From Paraphysomonas bandaiensis (taxonomy: Eukaryota > Protista > Chrysophyceae), in assembly GCA_965644295.1 (NCBI GenBank), contig CBFFRP010000229.1, positions 1 to 37,075 of the forward strand: a DNA stretch of 37,075 nucleotides, written 5' to 3'. Position 1 is the stretch's first letter. Each line of letters begins with the position of its first letter. Shown here in pieces: positions 1 through 11,410 of this stretch. A program made the translations under genes and the position numbers. The notes under the pieces are model-generated. The model did not search any database. It saw nothing but the letters and a program-made list of their open reading frames with translations, and was not told the origin of the DNA.

Positions 1-195
1 TAACATGTACAGAAGTAATACGATGTGATAAATATAAATGATTATGTATTTTTCATTTAGATTTATGAAAAGGATAAGATATAACATGTAGTCTGTTTTT
101 GACCGATAGTATTAATATCTCCTTCATAATCAGCATCTGAATCGGCAGCACTGAATAGGCAGCAGACAACTAATATGTCGGGAATTTGAGTCCTT

Positions 196-781
196 GGTCC
201 CTCAAGCTACCTCGCTTTTACGTGGTGTTCTTAACAAGAAGTACCTAAGATATTTCTCCGGAAAACTAACATGAGCTGTATATATATTATATAGTCAGCG
301 GCTATTGTTCTGCCCACTCATAGACTAAATACTTGTGAGGTACAAGGGACACTAATAAGTGTCACATGTGTAGACGTCGGGGCTGCATAACAATTAATTG
401 AAATTTAATTGCAGAAGCTTTTAGCAGTTAAATTACAAATATAAGTTATAGCTCGCGCAATTATAATTGCAATTTAATTGCCAATTATTGTCTAATTATA
501 TTAGTTACTCATTACAAACACGAATAGCATCTTCAACTGTACTTGCATTCCACAGAAATCTATTAGAGCACAAGAGCATAACATAAGAACATCTAATCGC
601 TTTTTTGGCCTTGACAAATATACAGGCACGTGGGGTATGGGCTGTCTGTTGACGTCAAGCATCCGGGCTACTCACCTTAAGAACAGAGAGCGAAAGTGGC
701 TTTTTGTTTTTTGTAGCACCAAATATTGTTTTGCTACATTAGTTCTGACTCTTACACGTATATCGCAAATGATCAGACATT
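196..781 (+). mobile_element. Non-autonomous retroelement (SINE/SIDE-like family) copy 1, degenerate, interrupted by a hAT fragment at 378-600
   Basis: Shares blocks CCCTCAA, GATATTTCTCCGGAAAACTAAC, TACAAGGGACACTAATAAGTGTCAC, AAGCATCCGGG and the 3' block AGTTCTGACTCTTAC...ATCAGACATT with the other copies. Boundaries approximate. Confidence 0.8.
378..600 (-). mobile_element. hAT transposon terminal fragment (one TIR plus degenerate transposase C-terminus)
   Basis: Starts CGGGGCTGCATAACAATTAATTG (cf. TIR CAGGGCTGCGCAACAATTAATTG at 28161). It is the reverse complement of ~28520-28706 (shared ATTACAAACACGAATAGCATC). The minus strand encodes RLDVLM...WNASTVEDAIRVCNE*. Confidence 0.85.
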
Positions 782-1081
782 AATTTCTGAATTAGTAATA
801 AAGGGAGAACCACACTCTCTATAATAAGCGGTTTATCTACTTCTATATATTAATGAACCATTAATGGTTACCAGGCCCTGGTTCAGCTTATAGAACGGTT
901 TCAGCACCTTGCGTGTAAGACCAATGGCAAGAAAAGAACATAAAAACTTCATTTTTGGTGTAAATTTAAAAATACCTACCCAACTATTGCTACATTACGA
1001 TTTACAGATCAAGGATTCTGGTGAAACAGTAAGTGTAAATAACAGTAGATCGTCATTGTTGGGACGACGATGTACGATACA

Positions 1082-1557
1082 CAACCACTATCATCGTTCC
1101 CTCAACCACAGTCGCACTTTTTCGTGAAGTATCGGAAACTAACTTGAGCCGCATATACAGTCAGCAGATATTGTTCTGTCCACTCATAGCCGAATGCTTG
1201 TGTGGTACAAGGGACACCAATAAGTGTCACTTGTTTAGACTTTGGAACTCCTTGACGAATAAACAGGCATCCGGGATGTTCACCTCAAGGACTCAATAAT
1301 CCTGAAGTCAGCAGATGTCAGCTATATCAACCTTCTGCTTGCTCACTGCCTTTGCTTTGAGAGATAGATCGGAGGTGGTTGCACCTTGGTGCTTGCGGCG
1401 ACGCACAAGCAGTCTCCGTAGCGTTAAATAGTAGGATAATAGATTTTGTACTAGTTAGTTACAGGTAGACGTCTATCTAGCTTGACTAGTTTTCATCTAG
1501 CTACTAAACTGGTGCTGATTCTTAACACATATTGCTAATAATAATAAGACCTTCAAT
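1082..1557 (+). mobile_element. SINE/SIDE-like family copy 2 (near full length, lacks the 61-bp module)
   Basis: Runs from CAACCAC...TTCCCTCAA to ...ATTGCTAATAATAATAAGACCTTCA and contains the intact structured motif at 1370-1418. Confidence 0.85.
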
Positions 1558-2743
1558 ACACTAGCATCGTTGTGCAAAAAGGTGTGACAGAGTGACAGAG
1601 GCAGCGAGGCAGCCGCCGGATATTCTCTAATCTATATTGCAAGAATTTAGTACCTGTACACACGTGGCTGACCTCGAGAAGATACCCCTTTATGCGTAAC
1701 ACCCAGGGTAGAGCCAAGTAAACGAGATGCAACTATATTTATGTAACCGTCAAACTGGCAAGGGTGAGTGCTACCAGTGTCAGAACGGAGGCCATGCTAT
1801 GAAGACCTTTTGCAATCAAATATTACGACAGATGTAGTGACACCATCATGATAGAGCACAGCGATAATACTCTTCATAACGCTCCAAGACATTACTTAAA
1901 GGAATAAACCACCTTTCCGAGTACTTATGCAACACCCAAAACAAAAAAGTCTAACTACTTTTCTTGTACGGCTGCTATACACTATAGATATTAACATATG
2001 TGATATTGTTTAACTCAAGGACTCAATAATCCTGAAGTCAGCAGATGTCAGCTATATCAACCTTCTGCTTGCTCACTGCCTTTGCTTTGAGAGATAGATC
2101 GGAGGTGGTTGCACCTTGGTGCTTGCGGCGACGCACAAGCAGTCTCCGTAGCGTTAAATAGTAGGATAATAGATTTTGTACTAGTTAGTTACAGGTAGAC
2201 GTCTATCTAGCTTGACTAGTTTTCATCTAGCTACTAAACTGGTGCTGATTCTTAACACATATTGCTAATAATAATAAGACCTTCAATACACTAGCATCGT
2301 TGTGCAAAAAGGTGTGACAGAGTGACAGAGGCAGCGAGGCAGCCGCCGGATATTCTCTAATCTATATTGCAAGAATTTAGTACCTGTACACACGTGGCTG
2401 ACCTCGAGAAGATACCCCTTTATGCGTAACACCCAGGGTAGAGCCAAGTAAACGAGATGCAACTATATTTATGTAACCGTCAAACTGGCAAGGGTGAGTG
2501 CTACCAGTGTCAGAACGGAGGCCATGCTATGAAGACCTTTTGCAATCAAATATTACGACAGATGTAGTGACACCATCATGATAGAGCACAGCGATAATAC
2601 TCTTCATAACGCTCCAAGACATTACTTAAAGGAATAAACCACCTTTCCGAGTACTTATGCAACACCCAAAACAAAAAAGTCTAACTACTTTTCTTGTACG
2701 GCTGCTATACACTATAGATATTAACATATGTGATATTGTTTAA
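1284..2743 (+). repeat. Perfect 730-bp tandem duplication (1284-2013 = 2014-2743), including a partial third copy of the repeat family at 2014-2287
   Basis: Identical by block-by-block reading at period 730, with 2-bp CT microhomology at the junction. Confidence 0.95.
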
Positions 2744-5700
2744 CTAATGGCGCCAGGACATGGACATTTGTTTCAGTGATTCTTTCTTAATCCCTTGAAT
2801 CATCGTCGCGAGATCACTTACAGCTACAAAACTGAGTCCCTCATTTTCCCCGTCTTCTACTTGGGTATCATCAAGTTCCCCCAAGAGCATGGTACTGCTG
2901 GGCGTATGCACGCGTAGAGGAGATGAACCCTTTGCACGTGCCTTGGTATGGCGAATGGATTGGATGCTCTCACCCAAGCTATCCACGTCTTCATCGAGTC
3001 TAGAGTACATGCCGGACGGCTTGGCTTTATCAGACTTCGTTATCCGTCTCAATGCGGCAGCTCGATCTTTCCTTTTCTCCTCGACCGACATTGCTCGACT
3101 CACTGGATCCTTTTGCCCTGTCAACACCACTGAAGATCTGCGTGGTGCACGCATGCTGCGGTCATCTGTGGTAAAGTTATCCCCACTCTTTCCACTGTGA
3201 AGTGATAGCACGGAAGTACGCCGTTTGCGGGCCTTGCTCGATATCGATATATTTTCCGCATCTACACCAACTGCAGAGGCACGTCGTCGAGTAGAACCAG
3301 CCATATTTCGCCTCGCAATGTCACCCATTCTCCTGCTAATCTCCTCTGGTGTGCTGGGTTCCTGAAACTCGTCTGGAATTCTAAAAAGATCATCCACATT
3401 TACTCGTTCTGACTGATATGTGTAGGTTACCGGGCGTTTAACAGGTGAAAAAAGCTGAAGAAGCCCTTCATGGGTCACTTGTCCCTCTTTACTCCGATTA
3501 CTTCGGTGTGTTTCATCCACACGAGATTGATTGCCTTTTTGAGGAGAAGGCCGAGATTTCTTTCCGTTAGAGGGGCTTGATGGGGGTGCCGCAGATGATG
3601 ATTTTACGGCTTCCACATTCTTTGTGGATGCGTCCTTGTTCTCCTTTGCTTTGGAGTTATAAGACCACGGCCCTAGCTCAGTGCGCACTCTTTCCGTAAT
3701 CTCGCGCTGTACATCAGCACCCTCGTGGAACAACAACGAATCAGAAGTTCGTTTACTGATATATTTTTGTTTCCTGAGGGGCTCTTTTGGTGCGTCCTTC
3801 TCTTCCAGCTCTAGAGCAGACAAAGAGAAGGTACTACTGCAGCATGAGAACAGGCCAAGTACCGAATACGGTGCCAATCGATTCGGAACTCCAAGTATAT
3901 GAGGTGTGAGAAGAGCAGGGGGGCAAAGTGGTGGTATGTCGCTGATGTCTGAGTCTTTGCTTCCAATAGACATGTCGTCCAGTAAGGGGTCAACACTGCC
4001 GTCGCCCGACAGTGATACCACAGGGCTCGCCGCTTTGGTGTTGATATCAACAGACTGGTCACAAGATATTGATGAAGATGACCCCGCAGGCGTAGTAGTT
4101 GAATCATGGAGGCCAGAAACTCCCCATACGTATACCACACCACCTTTGGTAAGCGCCATCGAATGTCGCCACCCTGCAACTAGATGAGTAATTCGTCCGG
4201 CTATAGTTGTATGCTTTTTGGCAAGGCTCTGCTTGTCACCCTGTAACACTGCGGCGAATTTGGGGCCATTGAGAGGTATTCGAACTGGCGAGAACACGTC
4301 GTCGTTATGCCCACATCCAATCTGTCCAAACTTGTTCCAACCCCACGCCCACAGATGATTTCGCACCGCAAGAAGCATATGCTTCCCTCCAGCTACCAGA
4401 ATAGCACTCATCTGATCCGCTTCCGACCACTTCGCAGATGGGATATCCACCAAAACTGGAACACAGCTATCCTTCCCACGAATTTGATGTCTAGTTGTGG
4501 TATCATTATCAAACTCATCTTCTCCAGCAATGCTGGCGCCTTCCTCCACACCACTGCCCAACTGACCATGGGTGTTGACACCCCAGGAATAGAAGTCAGC
4601 CCCACTTCGCACTGTTACATGAGCGTCTCCACATACCATTAGTTGCACCCGACGTTTGTTAAAGAATGGAAGCGTTCGCGCAGTGGAACTATCGGAGTCA
4701 GACATTCGCCCCAAGCACTCGCGTGCCCCCCAAGTATAGAGTATTCCTGGGTCCGCCAGACATGCCGAGTGATAAGACCCACATGAAATGACACGCACAT
4801 TTTTGGGTCCGTGAACAATGCGTGGGAGGGCAGAGTCCTTGCAATCGCTATGCCCCAATTGACCTCTACGGTTCCCTCCCCAACTGTACACACGGCGGGA
4901 GCCGGTAAGGAGTAGAGTATGATCTCGCCCAGCACATACATTCAGCACGTCAACTTTAGCCGCGACAGACCTCGCAATGCCCCTTCCTTCTGCAGCTGCT
5001 GATTGATAACCTAGTGTGTCCAAAGGTCTCGGCTCTACTTCATTAGCCCGTGTACCATGACCCAGCTGGCCATTGTCTCCAAGGCCAAACGTATACACGC
5101 TAGAATAAGTATCAACCAGTATTGTGTGGGTGCGCCCAATGGCTACCTTCCAGAGTCTACGCTGACCGCACTTTCGAAGTTTATCATCGAAATTAAGTAG
5201 CGTTTTCACCCACCCCTTAGGATAAGCCATAGAAATGTCGAAGGTGACATCCAAACCTATCAGGTAGCGGCCAAATTTATCGTGTGCGTTGCGATAGTAA
5301 CCCCCGCCGATTCTGAGATCTGGAAGTTTCTCCGTACTAATGTTCTTGTACGCCACCGAGCTTAGCTCCATATCTCGAATATCACGTAGCACAATAGCTT
5401 CTTGCTTCACCATTTCCCGAACACGAAGAGAATTAACAGTGTTGGTAGCAATCACGCGTCTAGCTGTGCATTGCAGCCAGCGCACGACAACGAGCTGTTT
5501 GAGATATATCTCTCTTTGCTTGCGCGATATTGACCACATTTGAATAGTTCTTGCGGCATTGTTAATGTCAAGGAACCTCTTTCTGACGCGTTGCATTCTC
5601 CAAGCAGACTGTAATTTTTTCACAGCTGCAGTCCCAACTCGCTGACTTTTTCTAATTTTTAAGGCTCGTACGATAGGCCTGTTCAAGTGTCTTACATACG

Positions 5701-8682
5701 ACCCGCGAAAAACTCGTTGGATACGCACAATCGCTACACGGCGAAAGTAATACAACCGATTGCGCTTAATAAAGTCTTTAGCAAAGGTCTGAAGCTTGAG
5801 CACTGCCCTTATAACGTGGTTTATCTGCTGCCTTATCACAAACCCTCGAGACAAATGATGCAGTACCCTCGTAGCACGTTGTAGCCTTTTATATCGAATG
5901 CGTTGAACCATTTTGTCTAATAATCTCCTCTTAATGGTCATCACAGCACCTTTTATTTGTTTGTACTTAGAAGACATCTTCTTCATCAGATAAAATCCCT
6001 GGATACGCCGCGCGCTATTCAGAGTGTTGCGAAAACGAGTTCGGCAGACCCACATTCGGTATACAGTCTGCACAGTCATGATACCCCTCCGGAGGGATGT
6101 GAACCATGTCCTGCTGAGCTTCATGCGAGACCCGGCTTGAATCAACACCACGGCTTGGGCAAATTTCTTCAACACGTCCGAGCGCAAGCCATCAAGGATC
6201 TCTATCAGTCTTTCCTTGAGAAAAATGAATGTATTCCCAAAAACAGGTGCAATGGCTTCATCTGCAAGGAGGTTGGGTATGCACGCCAGTGACGCACACT
6301 CCCTTAGCAGCCCTCGAGTCAGTGCCTTGTTATCACCCTCAGACGGCATTTTCCAGGGAAGACCATCAAAACTGTACGGAAACATCACCCGGTACCTCTC
6401 ATAGAATTCACGGTAGTGTTGTCGATGCGCAAATCCTTTCTTGAAGAATGCAGCTAATTCAGTTAGATTAAGGAACCGAACCTGCGGAGCGGAGTAACTG
6501 GGGTCAAAGGTAAAGCTCTTGAGATCAGCGCTTCCCCGCACGCAGAAAACCATCATTGGATCCGCGGTGCCTTCTTTTTCTGATCCACCAATGGAATCGA
6601 TTAGCTTTTTCGTCTGGTCCCTGGTTTGATTGGCAATAAAAGCAGCCTTAAGAGCTGACTTATCCATCGCCCTTCTGCCCTTAGGAGCGCTCTGCTCCTC
6701 GTCGGCTGCAACATCCGCATCAGATGCAAGAAAGGGAAATTTCCTAATGAGCACTGTTTGTATCAGGGTCTTCACATCTGGAGGGAGGCGAGTTTTATTG
6801 GCAGCCACGAACCCATCGATATCATAAGTCACCTCTCCGAAAGTATGCTTTACCACGAAACAAGTGTTCTTCTCTTTGCGACCTGCTGTTTTCACAAGCT
6901 TGCCTTTACTGTGCGTAGAAAATATTTTATCCAGCAACGCGTTGTCATTTCCACGTGGAAATAAGCACGCTTCCTCAAGTAAAGACACTATTCCCGTTGG
7001 GGGAACATCGAGCAGCTGTGCCATAGGTTCCGGGTCTGCTACATCTCCGACGGGCGGAGCCTCCACGCCTTCCATGCGTAGGAACTCAATCTCCCGCTGA
7101 AACGAACGATATATAAGGTGTTCATTGAACTTTTCTTCCACTAAGTTACAACAAAACTGTGGAAGAGCATTAGGTGGTGTACTGAAATTCTCATTACCAT
7201 TGACATCAATAATCTGCAGGGTTGGGCCGCCAGGCCTCGCGCCTTCCCCAACAGAACTCGAGTAATCGTTGCAGAGTCTAAGGAGGTAATTAAAAGCACG
7301 GGTGTAAAGTTCTACACCAAGAGTAAATATCGCTGCTTTAGAATCTTCCTGTGTAAGGTTCTTGTAGCTCTTAGTACCAGATATATCTATGCTCTTCTTC
7401 AGCAACACCGGGCCGAGAGTTCCTGTCTCCATACCAAGAATAGTCTCAGCATAAAGGACATGGTTCTTAGTGGCAGATGAGATGGTCGCAGCATCTGAAC
7501 CGGATACAGCCAAGCGCTGCAAATGCATTACTGCTGCAATTATCTTAAGGATATCAGCCCACGCTTCTCCCGGCATTCCAACACTTTCTAGAAGGGACCG
7601 AAGATGTTCCAGATTGCGAGCTACATCATCCACATACGTCGGAGAAGAGGCAATACTGTGTGACTCAAACTCTCCTGTGATGGCAGCAGGAATCTTGAAT
7701 TCATTTCTCAGATCGGCTCCTGAACCCAGAGTGAGCCACGCAAATATATTAAACGGGTGGGAATCCTGAATATTTTGCACAGATATGCGAGTGTCGTCTA
7801 GAAGCAGGTATGACGTTGATGCGCTCTGCAGCTTTCCTCCTAAAACAAACAACTTAGCGCACAGGACGCAGAAATAGTCAGCTACTAACTCATGTTATAA
7901 GCCAAACGGGTGGTACGGATGAGTCGGGAAGATGTCGGACACCGCTCAGTTGGGGCAGAGCCAAAAGCATCCATCACCAGCGAAGCCGCAACCAGCGCTT
8001 GCGAAACTCTACTTTCAGGAGAGGTGACAAGGTATGGGTTCATCGCATGGCCGAGGGGCTCGTATGCAGGGATACTGGTCGACTGTCCGTCACGTCTAGG
8101 ATTTTCAACAAAAAGGAGATATTGGATTATACGCTTGGAGAGTTCTGTCTTGCCAGACCCGCTGCACCCGCGAAGAATTATCGTTTGGTCCATTAGGCTC
8201 TCAGACACAGTCTTCTTTGCCTCCTCTGCTATAGCATACACGTCCAGAGACGAGCTATTATCATTACATCTATTGCTCATATCAGCAGTGCTATTTCGGT
8301 GGCTCCCTTGCTCCCTGGAGACTCGGTTAACGGGATTCACACACACAAAATAACGCCCCAGTCGCATCACGAGATGTGCACTTCGGAAGTGTTCGCCCAA
8401 GGTTGATAATATCGACCCTTCATTCGGGTACTGAAGCTGAACTATATCATCGACTGATGACTCCCCCATAGGATCGCGCGGTATAGCATCATTCAATTTT
8501 ACTTTTACTTTTACAGATGGATCCCACTCCAATACAAATATAGCATTGTCTGCATCTTCCATACTCGAGAGTGTTACAGGCAACCATACAGCCCTTCCGT
8601 TACCATACATTAATTCACCAGGGACATTGTATCGTGCTTGAGTTGAGCTCGCAGGGATCCATGCAGCAGATCCCACATCCAT
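2744..8682 (-). CDS. Unconventional myosin: divergent motor + ~10 IQ-like motifs + RCC1 repeats + low-complexity tail (~1962 aa, 2 exons)
   Basis: ORFs 7885-8682 and 2744-7852 join in frame through a 50-nt GT-AG intron (7840-7889). Motifs: P-loop GCSGSGKT, AFG...SSR, GIVSLLEE, FVVKHTFGEVTY; IQ motifs such as IQRVFRGSYVR and LQSAWRMQRVR; RCC1 repeats such as VYTFGLGDNGQLGHG, VYSWGGNRRGQLGH and LWAWGWNKFGQIG. Confidence 0.93.
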
Positions 8683-9299
8683 ATTACTATAATTATATTA
8701 TGCACGCCCTCTAATTATATCAACTAACTCCTATCTGATTATAAACCCAGTTAATTGGAACACATACAGCAGTGAAATGATTGGAATCTAATATACTGAG
8801 TGTGTTTATTATAATCAGAGGGGGTCTGGAAGATATTGCCAGTGCCAACGACCTCCTTGATGTGCTTGTATAGGTACAGTACACGTACATACAGCAGTAC
8901 TGTAGGTAGACATTCATACATGTATATACAATAAATTCGCAGTAGGAATTCCTAGTACTGTATGTGAAGCATATAATTTCATATGAAATTATACGTAAAA
9001 AACTAGCGAATATATTTTATAACGTATACTCATGGTATACAAGCGCGTACATACTGCTGGACATGTACTTACACACTTACACATGTACTGCTGTATGCAT
9101 GCACAGTACTGCTGTACATGTATAGCGGTATGTACTTGCTTATTCAAGTAGTCATGTACACAGCAGTCTACAGACACACTCATAACAGAAACTCACCCAG
9201 TCAACTCGTCCTCAAGAAACTCGTATATATAAACACCAAACAATTCGAGAACAATTCGTGTTATAATTTATTGACACTGTGTGTATGCAATATCGACAC
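8683..9299. promoter_or_regulatory. Putative bidirectional promoter (myosin / SFT2-like)
   Basis: 617-bp head-to-head spacer with five YACAGCAG/CTGCTGTR copies (8765, 8890, 9088, 9109, 9159). Function inferred. Confidence 0.5.
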
Positions 9300-9977
9300 A
9301 TGACGAAGAGCAGCTCATTCTCTGACTGGGTCAACAAGAAGAACAATCAACCTGAACAACTCTCGGGTGAAGATATAGACGAGTCAGCATCACTACTTGG
9401 ACAAATATATGGCATTCAAGATCATTTTTCTCTTCAAATGCAGGAGTTATCGGGATCATTACCTGGAGCTGGATCTGGACCACTCTCACAGGCTTTCCGT
9501 AATCGGATGAAGTATTCGATTTACCTTCTCCTTGGCTCTATATTATTCGCTGTATTAGGCATTGTAGTTGGCTTGCCTACTATTGTTTTACGTCCGTCCA
9601 AGTTTGTTCTCTGTATCACACTCTCTACTCTTATGGCAGTTGCATCGGTTATTGTCATACAGACCCCCACAGTATTTGTAGACAGCCTCCTTAAATCAGG
9701 AAAAGATAGAATAGCATCAGTTGTTGGCGTAGTATTTTCATCGTTGGTGACAATATATGTTACGGTTTTTGTGAAACGATACGTAGTTACCATAGCTTTC
9801 GCAGCTATTCAAATATTATGCATACTTTGGTTCATTGCGTCTTTCATACCAGGAGGTTCGAAGGGATTGGAAATACTACTTAGAACATCTCTTGCATTCT
9901 TAAAGACATTGTTGACACCATGTTTGTATGTTTGTTCCAAAGGGATTAAGTCACTGATATCTACTCTAATGTCGTAG
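9300..9977 (+). CDS. SFT2: Vesicle transport protein, Got1/SFT2-like family (4 TM)
   Basis: Single exon. Hydrophilic N-terminus, then four hydrophobic helices with family-like motifs LRPSKF...TL and LWFIASFIPGG..GL. Confidence 0.85.
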   Translation: MTKSSSFSDWVNKKNNQPEQLSGEDIDESASLLGQIYGIQDHFSLQMQELSGSLPGAGSGPLSQAFRNRMKYSIYLLLGSILFAVLGIVVGLPTIVLRPSKFVLCITLSTLMAVASVIVIQTPTVFVDSLLKSGKDRIASVVGVVFSSLVTIYVTVFVKRYVVTIAFAAIQILCILWFIASFIPGGSKGLEILLRTSLAFLKTLLTPCLYVCSKGIKSLISTLMS

Positions 9978-10445
9978 ACTAATTTTTGCTTTCATATTAT
10001 TGGAATTATTCGAATTTCTTTTATCCAAGGACACCAGCCTGTGTATTGTAGTTAATTTCAATTTAACGAGGGGAAGTAGTTGGTGATGTAGTATTCGCAT
10101 TGTTAATGGTGTAGGAAACAGTGTTCTGGTGCGAGAGAGAAGAGTGAGCCTATATGTGTGTTTTTATGAATTTTCTACTCTGTACAATGTACAATATAAC
10201 GAACTCATACATAGATGGAAAATGAAATGAAATTCTGCTGCCGTCTATTTTATAGTGAGCTATACTGATAAATGAATGTGAATTACAGTATACAATACTA
10301 TATCTCTATCCTCAATCCCATTTAGTTTTTAAAAAGGTGTCTTTTCGTTATCACCTGACAACTGCCAAATACAGATATTCTACTTTATACTGTTCAGTTC
10401 AAACAGAAACTGTCCTCAATCTTAATTACAATATTGACAGTCATT

Positions 10446-10945
10446 CGTCGTGAACGTCTTATTATTAGCAATAACCATTTGAGAGTCAGAACTACTTTAG
10501 CATCGAAATTTAACTAATTAGTGCTTAACTCTGATAGCCTACTATTTAATAAGTAATACTACGAATGCTACTTGTGCAACCACTTTCGGTTTATCACTCA
10601 AAGTAAAGGCAGTGAGCAAGCAGAATAATGATATACCTGATATCTGCTGACTTCAGGATTATTGAGTCCTTAAGATAAACAGCTCGGATGCTTGACTTCA
10701 GCAGGCAATCCAATACCCCAAATGCCCTTGAGGTGGGCCCTGTCCCGGATGCCTGTTTATTTGTCAAGGCCCACAGACGTCTACACAAGTGACACATATT
10801 AGTATCCCTTGTACTACAGAAGTATTAGACTATGAATGGGAAGAAATTTATCTGCTGACTATAAATGCGTCTCACGTTAGTTTCGCGGAGAAATATCTCC
10901 CAGAACACCATAAAAATGTGTGAGTCCGACTTTGTTGAGGGTATT
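10446..10945 (-). mobile_element. SINE/SIDE-like family copy (uninterrupted; supplies the empty site for both hAT insertions)
   Basis: Reverse complement of the family from the terminus CGTCGTGAACGTCTTATTATTAGCAATA to ...GTTGAGGG. One 61-bp module; internal deletion in the 3' structured motif. Confidence 0.88.
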
Positions 10946-11304
10946 AGTTTTATTAATGTTAATTCCCTCTCTATTTGCTACCATGCTACAAATAGATATG
11001 CATTCAACATCATAAGGAGAGGCAACAATTTAACCGAGTGATATTAGTATCGTTCCTTGTTCTAAAATTACAACTCGGGCTTTTTTCCCTCGTTTCAAAA
11101 TTTTGAGAGCGGGACGATATATAGCCTCCTTAGTATAGTATTTCGAAATTTATGAGAACACAGAGTTTACTTACATTTAAAACACACGGGGGTGTATATA
11201 GCCTTCTTATCTTCTTATTACCAGTGGTAAAATATAAAATATAACTATAGGTGCTACAAAGCTACACAAAAGTCCCCCATTGTGAATTTGAAAGGCTGTA
11301 GTAG

Positions 11305-11410
11305 TAGTACACTCGCGATAATTAAACACTTCTCCGAGATAGCAATCCACATAAAATGAAAATCTAAAAAACTATATATACATGAAAAATGTATTATCGC
11401 GAGTGTGCTG
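11305..11410. mobile_element. Small MITE-like inverted-repeat element
   Basis: AGTACACTCGCGATAAT (11306-11322) and ATTATCGCGAGTGTGCT (11393-11409) are 16/17 complementary around an AT-rich 70-bp spacer. TSD not clean. Confidence 0.55.

Noticed and set aside
1284-1440. Hammerhead or pistol ribozyme in the repeat (CTGAAGT..., GTTAAATAG)
   Set aside because: No CUGANGA/GAAA core with proper stems on either strand, and GTTAAATAG lacks the pistol P1 hairpin and pseudoknot.
1077-1561. ATACAC as the TSD of repeat copy 2
   Set aside because: Only 6 bp in AT-rich DNA; cannot be distinguished from chance.
2889-8353. Numerous short antisense or overlapping ORFs inside the large genes and the LINE
   Set aside because: Shadow ORFs without motifs, expected opposite long coding sequence.
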